From Ancylonema sp. (taxonomy: Eukaryota): a stretch of DNA of 64,000 nucleotides. Below, one piece after another: positions 34,918 through 48,464 of this stretch (position 1 is its first letter; each line of letters begins with the position of its first letter). The DNA lies in contig JBFLGF010000027.1 in assembly GCA_050230475.1 (NCBI GenBank), positions 1 to 64,000 on the forward strand. The letters run 5' to 3'. Under the pieces are notes generated by a model, which had not been told where the DNA came from, did not search any database, and saw only the letters and a program-made list of their open reading frames with translations. A program made the translations under genes and the position numbers.

Positions 34918-36811
34918 GTTTAGGACGACTTCTGTCTCCATCTTCCACGTAATCCATGCTCGTAGCTCCTCCCTCACCATATGTGACATCTTGTCCGCGG
35001 ATATCCTGCTCCGTCTGCAATTCGAACACCCTTTTAACTTCAAACTTTGTCCAAACATGCCGGAGGTTCATGCGACAATACGGGAAAAGTCTTTCGCCAA
35101 CACCTTTGTGCCCCTCAACAAACCTTCAAAAGCTTCTTCATCTCCTCAGCTTTCTCCTCCATTTCCTTCTTTCGCCGGCTGTGTTGTTCACTCTCATTGT
35201 CCGCCCACTTTATTTTGTCCTGAATCGTCTGAAGCAATGACTCTGACGTGTTCACCCTGGAAGAGCACAAAAACGTTGCTATCAAGACAAATCCCAAACA
35301 GAACAATCTCAAGAATCAGAAGATCATCCACTTGTGGCACCCAGGCTGTCAAAGTCACAACAACTCTGGGAGTGGATTACTAACCAGTTATCCAGAGTAG
35401 CAATAACGTTGTCAAGTTGTCCTGGTCTTAAATCCCTCCCAGCCGCAATTTGCACCTGGACAAGTTTCTCGAGATTGAGTTGAGAGCTCCTCAGAGCAGT
35501 TTTACTGCTTGGAAAAACGCAAAGCTACAACTCAGTTATACCCACAGAAATTCAACTGAGAGAGAGACAGGAGAGAGTGACAGGATCAACCAGATAGACG
35601 ATGCATTATTCGAACACTTGGCAAGTGACTACTGCCACCTGCAGTGATGCTCCTGCCTACCTCAAAGCATCGACGCCGCTGATCAAGTTTGCCACGGATG
35701 ATACCCTGCAAATGGCCACCAGAAGCAGGTGGTATGGGAGGCAAGGGAAGGTTACAGAATCCACTTAAATCATGTCCGCAGGACGAACTCCAGAAGAAAT
35801 AAAAAGCACACACCAGGGTGTTTTGCTGACTGACTTACAGAATACATGCAGTGGTTGATTAGAAGGTCCTCCAATTCTCGTACGTTGGTGACGTCAAGCT
35901 GATCCATGAGTATGTCGTATGGAAGTACCTAGTTTTCCACCCACAAGAACAATGGACCAACAGCTCATATTTTTACAGCAGAAAGTGTCGAGGTAACAGA
36001 GCAGAGAGAGGACCATCAATTGGTGCTTGATGCACCTTCAATACAATAGCCTCCTCGCATGGATTTCTGAGACAAGCTACATCCTGGCTACAGACTGCGA
36101 GTTTCATGTTTCTGTCTCCCACCTTTCGTGTCTCAGCGAGCATCATGACCGTCAACTGCTTCAGCTTCAAAATTTGTGCAGGCTGGAGCGGTGTTACTCG
36201 ATCAGGCGAAGCTGCATGCCCTTCCCAGAAGATAGAATTGATTATGTGACACAACATGTGTCCTACAATGAAGACAAGATAGCAAGCTGTCTACATGAAA
36301 CACAATGCTTGATTCTGGTACAAGCGTCATGTGTACCGGTCATCTGTACACTCTCGCTGCAACGATTCAGCTACCTTTGTAATCGTTCAAAGTGCCAAAC
36401 GCGAACAGACGGAGAAGATCTAGAGCTTTGGCATGCTCCGTTCCTTCCAGCTGCCCAAAAAGAAGCAAGTGTCAGCCGACATTGGCCGTCGTTGGGGGCT
36501 GCTTCAGGAGAATCACTACAAGCCTATCAAAATCTACAGACATGTCCGAACAGGAATTAATGCGCAGTTTTGATCACATATATACGACATGACCTGCCGG
36601 AGTTCAATATTGTCGTGCTGATGTAGTGGATACGATATGAGGAAGGCCTCACATCTTTGATCTGCTGCACATCAAGGAGTTCTTCGTATGCAAAGAGTCC
36701 TGGTTCCGCAGTCGCCTGACTGATGAGCTCTACGATACCTCTGCCCCGGGTGCTCTTTGCGAGCAGGCAATATTGCTCGAGTAGCTCAGACTGCCTAGAT
36801 TCTAGTTCCAT
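34918..36811 (-). CDS. CSN7: COP9 signalosome subunit 7 (PCI domain)
   Basis: At least 8 GT-AG exons: MELESRQSELLEQYCLLAK...GLFAYEELL; LDLLRLFAFGT; LKLKQLTV; VLPYDILMDQLDVTNVRELEDLLIN; GIIRGKLDQRRRCFE; VQIAAGRDLRPGQL; ...DRSRPKR. The short final exon lies below 34918 and was not resolved. Confidence 0.93.
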
Positions 36812-37255
36812 ACTGCCTTTTCTAATTTTACTTCATGGTTCCTGAAAGCAGAAGCAGGAGCTGAATTTCGGGTGACACCAGCGTTTAGCACCCGCCTCTG
36901 CATGGAGATTCTGAGGAGTTCAAGTGGAGGTCTGTTTCTCCCGTCGTTCGTCGGGTCAACTTAACCGGGGGGATCTCAGCAAAATTATGTCAGGCATAAT
37001 TATGTCAATATTTCAGATTATGTTAAACATATTGTTTCCCCAAAGTTTGTCGTTTTTCGCTCGTAATTCACGCGCCGGGAAGTTACGGCGGGGCGCGTAT
37101 CTCTATATGTGTACCACTTCATTTTAGAGGTGGTTTCCAAGATTGGCCTGATCCTGTGCGGCGCAATCGCATTTGCCCTCTGCATTCTGACAGCCTGCTG
37201 GTCTTGAGTCTCGTGATCGAGGTAGTACTCTGTGAGCGAGAAGAAACCTGCAATC

Positions 37256-40200
37256 ATGTCACCAGCTACAAGATTAAAATCTATAGATTTCTACAGGTTG
37301 GTACACAGTATGGGGGAGTGTGTGGACGTTGTTATTGTGGAGTGTTCAATTGCGTTTGACCAATGAACACATTTTATTACACTCTCAGAAAAGGCCGTAT
37401 AAAGGGATCATCTTTATTTACTCTCACAACGCTCCTCTTCCATTCACTCACTAGAGAGCACACGCGAGCATTAGGTGGCCAGTTTGCATATGTTGGAAGG
37501 GGCACCTATCTCAAGCAGGCTACACAGGCGCGACCATGCTCGTCCGTTGTAGCCCGCACTACCTGTGCAGGGTGTTCGAACATCGCTATGAAACTTTATT
37601 TCTACTGTTGACAGAAGCTGGTCCGACTCTAAGCGGAATACCTCTAATGGAATGCAGAAAAAGTCCTCGGGACTTGACGGAGGCGTCCCTGTCAGGTGCA
37701 AGCCTGTCAATCCTGGCAGCTGTAGCAATGATCTTTCTGTTCGGCATGGTAAGCCTCACCCCCATTCATGAGATCACTTGCACAAAAACAGCTCGCTTTC
37801 AGGTCGAAGTCAGCGATACCATGCCAAGACATTCCCGAAGCCTTCCATGTCGCCCAAACCTCCATCTTTGGCGTCACGAAGCTATTATAGCTAGTATAAA
37901 GAGGTTCCTGGGCAGAGAACCCGAAACCTGTTCCGTCACACTCACGAAGGGGACTGAGGGGACTTGAGCTTTGCCCATAGTAAAGAATCCGTCATACCCG
38001 ATATGTACACCCAGGATGTGTATCCTTGTATCGTCAAAAACCTGGATGCCCCTACTACATAATGGAGGTACATAATTGGAGTCATTACTGCAGGTACGAG
38101 AGGACCAGAAACACTTTCATGCTCAATTACCTTCTGAACGGGTGGCAGGAATTTAGAAGCTACTTGTCCATTTCCACCAGCACCATTGTGGTTGTAGACC
38201 AAAGTCCAGATGGCGACCTACTTCGTATAAACTTCAATTTCAGGTGCGTGCACTTATGCATCTTACTCCATTGACCTTCCAGAGCAGAGTTCCATCATAG
38301 ACATTGGCATGCAGGTACACATTCTCAGGCCCTAACGTTCGTGTATGGTCTTTTTAATTGAAAATTGCGTGTGCAGTTTTCCAGCTCTCTCCTGTGAATT
38401 TGCATCTGTGGACGTGAGCGACGTCCTCGGCACAGTAAGGTAAATGTACAAAACATTTCTTTCCACTATCCGTCTGCTATATAGCTGTGTCTGCAATAAC
38501 ATGTTGGTTACAAATAAGATTTTGGGAACATCGTTGTTATGACGGTTGTGTATATCGCAGCGTTATGCACACAGGCATGTCTGTGTAAATGTATATGTAC
38601 ACATGTACGCATGCGAGTACATATGTTCATATGCAAGTATGTATGTTTGTATGTGTCAAATATGCAGCTGCATACGCTTACACACGTGCTGACTTTCACA
38701 GGCATGCATACATTTGCATTCAAAGACATATGGTTTGACAAAGACATTGATAAAGATACATGCATACATACATATATACGTGTATGTATTACACACATAC
38801 ATGCTCACATACATACATACATACGTATATGTATATACACACATACATCTTCTTATGTTCCTTTCCACATCATCCTGCTTGTGCTTACAAAGCCTGTGGA
38901 GGGCTTCTGTGGTTGTTTGCTTGCAGTTCCCCCCACTTTCCGCATGCCCCCTCCCCTAGAGGTAGCAGGCACCATCCTCCCTTCCCCCTCCCATCCACCC
39001 CCTCCCCTTTCCTTTCCTCCAGGCCCGCTTCAACCTGAGTAAGACCATCCGCAAGTTCCCCATCAACCACGACCTACAGGTGGTGGGCCCCCAGCACCAC
39101 CCGGGACCCGTCCCCACCCCCACCAAGCACGGGGACGGGGCTCCCTCCGACCACGGACGGGTAGCGCTCGAGTCGGAGGACTTCCGCGGTGCGCTGGTGT
39201 TGACCGAGTCAACCTTCGCCCCCACCACGGCCGAGTACCCCGTGCTGCTGGTCAACTTCTACGCGCCCTGGTGCCCCTGGAGTCAACGCCTGGAGCCCAG
39301 CTGGGAGCAGGCGGCCACCCTACTGGCCGCCAAATACCACCCGGAAAACGACGGGAGGATCCGCATGGCCAAGGTGGACTGCACAAAAGAAATGAACCTG
39401 TGCCGCAACAACCACATCCAGGGCTTCCCCTCCATACGAATCTTCCGCAAAGGGAACGACGTCCGCAAGCAGCACGGCCACCACGACCACGAGTCGTACT
39501 ACGGGGAAAGGGACACGAACTCACTCATCGCGGTAAGGAAAGGGGAGGGGAATCAGGAAGAAGAAACCGAAGGATGGGCCCATCTTGAGACCTGGGATTG
39601 GGGTTGGGGGCTGGGGGTTGGGGGTTGGGGTTTGGGGTTTTTGGTTCAGTTTGCGGAGACCCTATTGCCTCCCGCCACGATCGAGGGTCGGGTGGCGTTG
39701 GAGGACAGTAGCGAGACCGCGGAGCCACACGAGCACGTGAGGCGCGCCCCCCAGTCCGGCGGCTGCAACATCGACGGCTTCGTGCTGGTGAAGAAGGTTC
39801 CCGGCAACCTCATGGTGTCCGCCCACTCCGGTTCCCACTCCTTCGACCCCTCCACCATGAACATGACACACTTCGTGCACACATTTACATACGGCCGACC
39901 CCTCACCAGACGAAAGATGGACGCGGTGGAGCGCCTCCTGCCCCACCTCCCCGACGACCACGCCCGCATCAACGGTCGCCTCTTCCTCTCCCACCACGTC
40001 AACGTGACTCACGACCACTTCATCCAGGTGGTGATGACGGAGGTGTCCCCCCTTCGCCCCACCGTCCACTACTTCCGTCGCCAGGCACTTCAGTCGTACG
40101 ACTACACGGTGCACAGCAACACGTTTCAGGCGGCGTCCGTGCCAACCGCGAGGTTCCACTACGAACTGTCGCCCATGCAGGTGGGGGGGGGGGGAGGGGG

Positions 40201-40634
40201 GGGAGCAGGGAAGGGCGGAGGAAGGTCGCATGACCCCCGGGTTTGTTTGTTTGTTTTTTTTTTGGGGGGGGGGGGGGAATGTGTGTGTTTCTCAGATCAT
40301 GATCCAAGAGACGAAGCGTTCGTTTTGGCACTTCATCACCAACGTGTGCGCCATCGTGGGGGGGATATTCACGGTAACAAATGGAACCAAACAGTAGGAG
40401 TGCATCGAGAGGAGAGGAGATGAGATGAGATGAAGGCCAATGTGGTGTGCTATTTGGAGAAGCACATCCCATCAGGTTTTGAGCAACATTCAGATATAAG
40501 AGGCATGCAGGCTGACGTGGCAATGGGTACCGATTTCGGTTCCGATTTGTATGCAGGTTGCTGGGATTGCTGACGGTGTGCTGCACGGAGCGGCCAGCAT
40601 TGTGAAGAAGAGGGAGATTGGCAAGTTGTCCTAG
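37256..40634 (+). CDS. PDIL5-4: Protein disulfide isomerase-like 5-4 (PDI-C: ERGIC_N, thioredoxin, COPII-coated ERV domains)
   Basis: Exons 37256-37296, 37658-37748, 38149-38243, 38377-38434, 39023-39532, ~39650-40179, ~40296-40373, 40557-40634. LKSIDFYRKSPRDLTEASLSG, FPALSCEFASVDVSDVLG, NFYAPWCPWS, GCNIDGFVLVKKVPGN, HFITNVCAIVGGIFTV, C-terminal KKREIGKLS. Confidence 0.95.
38550..38850. repeat. Degenerate TACA/TATG microsatellite in a PDIL5-4 intron
   Basis: Runs of CATACATA / TATGTATG / ACACAC. Confidence 0.8.
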
Positions 40635-41538
40635 AGAGGCGAAAAAGGGTGGAGACGAATGCGGCACTGTCGAGGCAGGTGGTGCATCTTGTCACATGAA
40701 CGGGACAAAATTATGGTAGTGGGTCCGGTGTCGTCCAATTTATGACTACAATTTGCAGAGATTGTTGTTATGGAATCCCCAGCTCGAGTGCATCTGGTGC
40801 GTGCTGGAACTTGCGTTTCTGTATCAGGCAACCGCAGGCACAAAAGATCAGACCATTATTTCTTGGAAGGAAAAAGTAATGGTGTTAGGGACGACGAAAT
40901 GGCATGGAATATCTCTCACTCGCTAGGCCGGTGTGTTCGTGGGTTATGCATTCCATGTGTTTTTTTATACAAAGGAAGCAATGATTTTTATACAAAGGCG
41001 GCAACTTTGTGACCTTCCGGCCAGTTCCGGCCAGAAATCGAAAACAAACGACAATATTTTCGAATGTTTGCCTTGTAGTCGATGCAAGAGGGTGGTTGTA
41101 CGATAACTTTTTGACGAGGAGGATGTGGATGTAAAAGGTTTGATCTACACATTCAAAATATAGATGAACACAGTTGTGCTTGCATTGTTTTGTTTTATTG
41201 TACCGATTGTGCATGGACATGCATGCAACGTCACATTCACAAAAAACTCACAAAGAGACCGACGCGAGACTCTATTACCCTATATCCTCTTTGCTTTGAA
41301 CAATCCCGCAAGTGCAACGGCAAGGCCAATGAAGTGCCTACATTTAGCCCACATACATGAAGGTGGTCGTTTGCATTGTCATCAAGAGTCTAGTGGGTCC
41401 CCGAGCCAGAAAATATGCGCGCCGGCTCGGAGCCGGAAAGTGTCTTGATTCAAGACACTTTCAAGTCGAAAATTTCAACACAAATACACATTGCACACTT
41501 CGATAAAAATCCGAGAACGTCACACCAAGTGGTCGCGA

Positions 41539-44500
41539 TGTGAGTTTTTAGGGTCTGTGAACTTTTGTCAGTATATCGATTTTAGGGCTTAAGTTTAGCT
41601 TCGTCGATTTTTTCGTTTTTCGTGTTGTTAAGATTGTGACGTTACATTTGGCCACCTGGCATCGTGTTAATAAGATTAGGTAACGTGTCGATAATAATAG
41701 GTGACTTGGCACAATGCAAGAAAATGATTGGTGTTGACTTGATAGTTCGATCAGCAGAGATCTTTGACTAGGAGGGGGCATGGATCACACTGTTTGTACT
41801 CAGTCTGGGCCTGCACGCAAAATTCTGCAATCAATCAATCTATCTCAAACTTGCACTAGTGTTGTGTGTGCTTGTAAAGCTGTGAATGTTTGCTTCAAAA
41901 GTGTGAAGTTTGTTACTTCTTGCATCGATGGCAGGAGATAGCAGTGTTGTTGCTATCTTCCGCCATCGATGCAAGAAGTAACAGTCTTCACACTCTTGAA
42001 ACAAACATTCACAGCTTTACAAACGCACACAACAAAAGTGCAAGTTTGATGTAGATTGATTGATTACAAAATTATGCGTGCAAGCCCTGACTGAGTACAA
42101 TCGAGTGTGATCCATGCCCCCTCCTAGTCAAAGATCTCTACTGATCAGAACTAATAGTCAACTCCAATCATAATCAAGTATTGTGCCAGATTATCATCTA
42201 AACTTATCGAAAAACTGCCAGAACAACTCATCGTAATCATATCGATAGGCTAAAGCCTAGAGCTATTGAAGCCCCTAGAGCTATCACTTGACGAATGCTT
42301 TCAAACCGTAAAGTAGGAGAAAAAGTCTGGTCATAATCTACTCCCTCTTCTTGACCGAAACCTTTGGCCACGACCATGCCTTTATACTTCTCAATTGGGC
42401 CATCAACATTCTTTTTGACACGGAACACCCACTTTGATTTTATCACTTTCTTGCCCTTTGGCCTGGGAACAAGACGGAACACTTCATTTTCTTTGAGACT
42501 GTTCATTCCTGTATCCATTGCCTTTTTTCCTCTCTTTTGCCACTTTTCTCTTTCTGGACTGCTAAGAGCTTCTGCCACCGTTGTTGGAGTTTTTGACTCG
42601 GCATCCAATCCAGCAACATAGGCAGCGACAAATCTGTTAGCTGGAACACCTTTGTTTTCACGAGTCGAGCGTCGAACTTCTTCTTGAGCAGCCTTGACAA
42701 CTTCTTTGGTTTTCTCCTTTGCAGTTGCGAGGACTGGAGTCTCAAGAGTTGCTTCATCACGATACCATTCAGGCCCATCCTTTAGCAGATCCTGATCACT
42801 TGCACCCCCACTCGAATTGCTTACAAGCTCAGAACACTTGTCATTCTGAGGAGGAGGAAGTGCCGGAAGCTGAGGCAAAGGATTGCCATCAACATCAAGA
42901 ACTCCTTCATCGACAGAAGGCCAATTTCCTTTGCGAGTAAGCTTTTCTTCTGCCATGACCAGATCTGGCCACTCCATTTCGACGGCTGTATCCAGTTCAC
43001 ATATTTTTCCATTCTTCCCGATATTCTGCCCTCTCCACCATCCAACTCCAACAGATTCGTCGAAATCAGCATGCGCGTCACCAACATTGTGAACCTTATT
43101 TGTGGTCGGATCCCACACTCTGTGACAGGGGCTTTGTGAGTTCTAGCCAACAAGCACTCCTATCCAAGCCAGCGTTGCCATCTTGCCCTGTCGATCTCTC
43201 TTCTCCATGCGCACATAAACTTTGCAGCCGTAGGAGTGAAGATGATCTACATGAGGTGTGCTCCCAGTCCACATTTCCTCTGGAGTCTTTGGTAAATTTG
43301 TAACTTTGCAACGATTTCGGAGTTAGGATGCATGAGAGATGGCTTCAGCCTAGAGACCTGGAGGAATTCGCATGTGGAGGAGCATTGATCGAGCTCGATC
43401 GTGCAAAGTTATGTTCATCCTCTCAGTTATAGTATTTTCCTGAGGAGTGAATGGAGGAGTCGGCTCATGGTTGATGCCTTTGCTGCGAAGCCACAATTGA
43501 AAGTCGTTGTCGAAGAATTCTCCTCCCCTGTCTGACCGCAGATTCTTGACAGCATTTCTACTTTGTCGTTGCTAGATTGCTATCCACTCTTTGAGGCGAG
43601 GAGCGGCGTCATTTTTCGAGCGCATAATTTCTACCCACGATTTTTTGATGTACTCGTCGACAATCACCATGTTGTAGACGCCTCCCCCAAGCGACGCTGG
43701 TTGAAAAGGTCCCGCCAAATCCACTGAAATTCTTCCCAAACAAACTTTTTCCCCTGCTCCTAGGTCCCTGCTTGGATGCGGTCGATCATGCACTTTGCCG
43801 AGTTCGCAGCTCTCACAATTTGCAAGTATTCCAGAAACACCTCCCTCAAGTCCACGCACCAGATCTGCTTTTTCCAACTCTCTCAGCACCCTTTCATTTG
43901 CGTGACCAAGACGTCGATACAAAACATTCACATCGACAGCTGCAACGACCGCTTCCCCTTCATTTTGTCGATGATGACGCAATGGCGTGCAGATCAATGT
44001 ATGACGACCAGAGCTGGACTCACGAATTGTGCAAATCTGTTTTCCATCTTTCCGAAAGATTGGAGTTATTCCACCTGCTGGTCCCTGACATGTATACTCC
44101 CACCCCTCTGCTATTGCTTTTTGGCCGCTGAAAAGATTGACTCTCATCTCTGGTATATACAGACAATTCTGCAGAGTAATTCCTCCACATTCGCCTTCCG
44201 TTTCAAGCTCAACAGTTCCCCACTGCTTGACACTCACACTGCCAACAAGATAATGCATGACAATTTATTGCGGAATGTCGATCAAAGTTATGAAGTGTGC
44301 TCGGTGTCCACTTGAATGATGGCTGGAACCGTCATCCCAGAAAAATCCTCTCTCCTCATCTCCTTCACCGACACGTCCTTCACAGATTTCACCAACCACC
44401 ATTTCGGCATGTCAAAAGTCACCTCCCTCATCAATCTCGCTCACATGTGCAGATTTCCGACATGTCTGCTGATTTCTGCGCTGCATTCGAGGAGCCTGAT

Positions 44501-45867
44501 TTTTTTTGTCAAAGCAGGTAAATTCAATGTGTCCGATCGCACCACAATAGTCACAAGTATCATCTTTTCTCGGATAGTCTTTGCCGAAATGACCTGTACG
44601 ACCACACGTATAACAGGAATGACCACCTCCTGCACCTCTTCCTAGATGTGCCTCCACCACCACGATCAAATCTGCCTCCTCGATATCCACTATAATCTCC
44701 CCTGCCAACACCTCTGCCACCTCCTCTATCAAAGCCTCCACCTCTGCCTCGATTCGAAAAAAATTGTTTCGCATTCCACTTTGCATAATTTGCTTCTGCG
44801 ACAAGTGCTTCAGCATCTCTTTCACCTTGCTCTTTCTGATCGTCCAGTTCATCAATCCCCATTTGTGCCCAGATCCAGTTGATTCTTGGTGCCTCTGCTT
44901 GACCAAAGTACAACTTTTTGAGCATTCCAATACTTGGTTCTTGACATCCCTGCGAACAGTGCCATCACTTGGTCCTCCTCACTGACTTTATACTTTTGAT
45001 GTGCGCAGGCTGTGATGATCGACAAAAAGTATTTCTTGATGTCTCGGAGTGGCAGCTTCTCATTTACTTTGAACGAATTCAGTTGTTGCTTGGCGAGCTG
45101 CTTCAATTCCGGTGTGACTTTATCAAACTCTTCTTTCAGGTACTTCCACATGGGTGCTGGTTTTCTCTCATACTCCTCAAGGGCTGTAGCTATGACTTCA
45201 CTCACAAGCCACATAGGTAGCATCACAACTTTCTTAGTTCACTTTCGAAAACTCCTGATATCTTCAGTGGATTGATCCATCTCATCCTGATTTGTGCTCG
45301 TCATCATATGCTGGATAAACTTCCTCTGGTTCTGATTCTATTCCCTTGCAGATCTCAAGACAGTGTGTGTCATCGAGTGTTGCAGAAGCCTTAGATCGCC
45401 AAGCTTGGAAAGAAACTTTGTCTCCATCTAAAATGCAGTACCTTGCTCTGATACCACTGTTGCTGCTATCTTCTGCCATCGATGCAAGAAGTAACAGTCT
45501 TCACACTCTTGAAACAAACATTCACAGCTTTACAAACACACACAACAAAAAGTGCAAGTTTGAGATAGATTGATTACAAAATTATGCGTGCAAGTCCTGA
45601 CTGAGTACAATCGAGTGTGATCCATGCCCCCTCCTAGTCAAAGATCTCTACTGATCAAAACTACTAGTCAACTCCAATCATAATCAAGCATTGTGCCAAA
45701 TCATCTAAACTTATCGACAAACTGCCAGATGGCCAGAACTAATCATCGTAATCATATCGATAGGCAAAACGACAAAATCGACAAAACTAAAATTAACTTC
45801 CGAACAAAACCTAAAATCGATATACCGACAAAAGTTCACAGAACCTAAAAACTAACAAGCAGCAATA
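41539..45867 (+). mobile_element. Solo LTR (41539-41944 plus 45863-45867) split by copia element D
   Basis: Begins TGTGAGTTTTTAGG and is homologous to the LTRs of D in the opposite orientation. Its last 5 nt (CAATA, cf. CAACA) reappear at 45863-45867. TSD CGCGA at 41534-41538 and 45868-45872. Confidence 0.88.
41945..45857 (-). mobile_element. Ty1/copia element D, internally deleted
   Basis: 5' LTR 45857-45458 (TG...CA), PBS TGGTATCAGAGC 45456-45445. Gag with CYTCGRTGH / CDYCGAIGH knuckles, LYRRLGH...CESCELGK, integrase ISVDLAGP, RT start (SKWVFRVK, VAKGFGQEEGVDYDQTFSP). RT is fused at ~42255 to a truncated 3' LTR ending at 41945. TSD AGCAG. Confidence 0.93.
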
Positions 45868-46159
45868 CGCGATAGCCATTAGGCCACGTTAATTGTCGTG
45901 TATATTAGGAGCAAACTCGGGCCTGATTCGGCCCAATCCCCAATCCGGATCGGGGCCGTATCGAACCCGTTTGTGTTGCCGCCGGATTGGAGATCTCCCG
46001 GTCTGATCGCTTAACTAGGGGGGGGGGGGGGCGGACAGAGGGGGGCGACAACTTTTTGTGGGGTTTGCGCCACATTTTGTTTTTTTTTTTGTTTTGTTCC
46101 ATCAATAATTCGAAAAGTTGGCGCCCCCAATCAGGATCGGATCCGAATCAGGATTGGCG

Positions 46160-46457
46160 CATAGTTGCACGGACCGGCGGACCTGGGTTCCGAAGTCCCG
46201 ATTCCGACCCGAGGTTCATCCTTCTAGACCAAAAGTCAAGACCGGCAATAGTGGGACATCTCCGGTGTTTCTTCTAGGAGTTTGAAAGCTTCTCTGTGGA
46301 GAAAATAAGTATTTGGTTTATCAATTTGGCTTGTGCATTGTGCACAAATATAAGAAAAAATTATGCGTTGAAAATTTCCCCGACATGTCCAGTGCCGACT
46401 ACGGACCCGATCCGACCGCGGTCCGGACAACCAATCTTGTCGTTCCGTGCAACTATG
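46160..46457. mobile_element. hAT-type MITE (CATAGTTGCACGG family) nested in a related MITE (~45918-46504)
   Basis: TIR CATAGTTGCACGGAC / GTTCCGTGCAACTATG. Flanks GATTGGCG / GATTAGCG (7/8). The host element ends GATCGGGCCAACTATG at 46504. Confidence 0.8.
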
Positions 46458-48464
46458 GATTAGCGCCGGATCTGTGATCACCCGGTGGGATCGGGCCAAC
46501 TATGACCAACTATGGCATTGGAACAACTTTGCGTCATATCCACGATCGAACCTCGTTTCATTCACTCTGATATAATTTATGTCACTTGAGAGGTACTTAC
46601 GTAAAATAGATATATGTGAAGTCGTATCCCATCTTTACTTCCTTACTAACATCAAACTTTGAGTTGAAGCCTCGTGCAGCGCCACATCGGGCACCGCCGA
46701 CGTCCTTGAAGGCATTATGACCTCCCATATTGGACAACCCTAATGTAGAGACATCGGGTACAGTCTCATGGTCTAGTGACTCGTTGGATAGGAGAAAATA
46801 CCTCGCGGAACATCTCTATTCAAGAAGAATGAGCACGAGTACATATGATGTGTTTTATAATAACATGTGCTTGACATAACTCATACGTGCACATCCTAAT
46901 CTTGTCAAAAATTCGGTTGCTTACATACCAATTGTCAATTATGCCAAACTCGAAGCCCTAATTTTACACGCTAGAGTCACATTGCAACGTTGAACACAAT
47001 AGCACGAGCCGTGTACCGTGTTTGAACTATAAATTCAACGAAAACGATATAAAAAAAAAAGCGGGCTTCGGTTTGGAACAATAGAGAATTGGCTTTTTAC
47101 ATCAGAAACGTCGAATAAGTGGTTACAGCATGAAAACAAACCACACACAACTTCTTTGTGTATATGGACGCGATTTATCCGACAATAAAAAATCAAAAAT
47201 AATAAGATTAGAGTAGTAAGGTAAGATAGTACAAACCAAGTAATGAAGTCCGTAAACACATTGTATTGTGTGATAAATGAATGCGGGTTTCATCTACTTT
47301 TGTGAGGCTCCGAAGACTATATTTTGCGAGTGTAAGAAGTAGGTTGATGCTATAATTGCTACTTTGATGTTACAATGTTAAGATTCTTATACAGTGACCT
47401 CACTATTTTTATAGAAGCAAAAACGTTCCCATCCATTTTTATTTTTTTAACAAGGAAAAAACGGCCAATCGAGATGTCAGATTCTTTTTATTAAATTCAT
47501 CATACCCTTTTTACCCACAAAAGAGTATTTTGATGACAAATAGTAGAATTCCTCATATGCGCATCCTCTGTGTTCGTTATTGGTGTGAAGTTCCCGTCTA
47601 ACACAGAGTCGTGGAATGGCGCAAAGCCAATCCAATAAAAATATGTAGAGCCCGTTGCACACAACTTCCGATGCTTTTCATGAATGCACGTACAGTATGT
47701 GACGGATAATCAATTATGACTACCAAAAAATCTATCGCGTTGATTCGGTGAAACAAAAAAAAACTTCACCCCGAGAATGAGAAAATCTTCGACGTTGGGT
47801 GGTTACTCAAGTTCCAAAACGGAACTATATTAAAGATGGATTCCAAATGGAGGCGGAATAAAAGGTAACACATTTTTTTTTTTTTGTAAAAAGGTAAATA
47901 TAATAATATTTATAAAAAGGCAAATTTTATCAATGAATTTGAAATTTACGGGTCCTTTTTGCGGGTGGCGGAAAGAGGAGGACGCAAACAGATAGTGTAC
48001 ACCACCTTGCACAAAATAGCCAATATTTCTCTCAACACGGTATGTTAGACACGAAGACATGGCGAAACAGTGGAACACGAAAACATTCACACCCTGTTTG
48101 TCTTGGCGACAAGCCTAACTAAAACTAGGGATATGCGGCGTTTTTAAAGTGGTAAATTTGATTTCTTGTGATGTTTTAGGCCCGTGTAAACACTACAAAA
48201 CACGTGAAGATGAAACAAACGCTTGTGATATTCTCTCGCACATGTTAAAGCGTCCATTATTTCTCGTGTGTAGTGATTCGATGTGCATTCAGAGTACGGG
48301 AACGACGAAAAATGCACGGGGGTGCATTTCTGGTCCTTATAATTTCGTCATATTTCTTAGTAGTTGGGGATTCCGCGGGGGTTGGACAAGGCTCGACCAT
48401 CTTAAGGCGGACACCACAAGGAGTTTCCGAGAGTACGTTTCTTTTTCGTGTCGTTGCAGCCGTA

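Noticed and set aside
38508..39042. His/Tyr/Cys-rich ORFs
   Set aside because: They are translations of an intronic microsatellite.
45445..45479. Gag frame of D starting in the LTR and reading through the PBS (SGIRA)
   Set aside because: This is common in copia elements and not novel.
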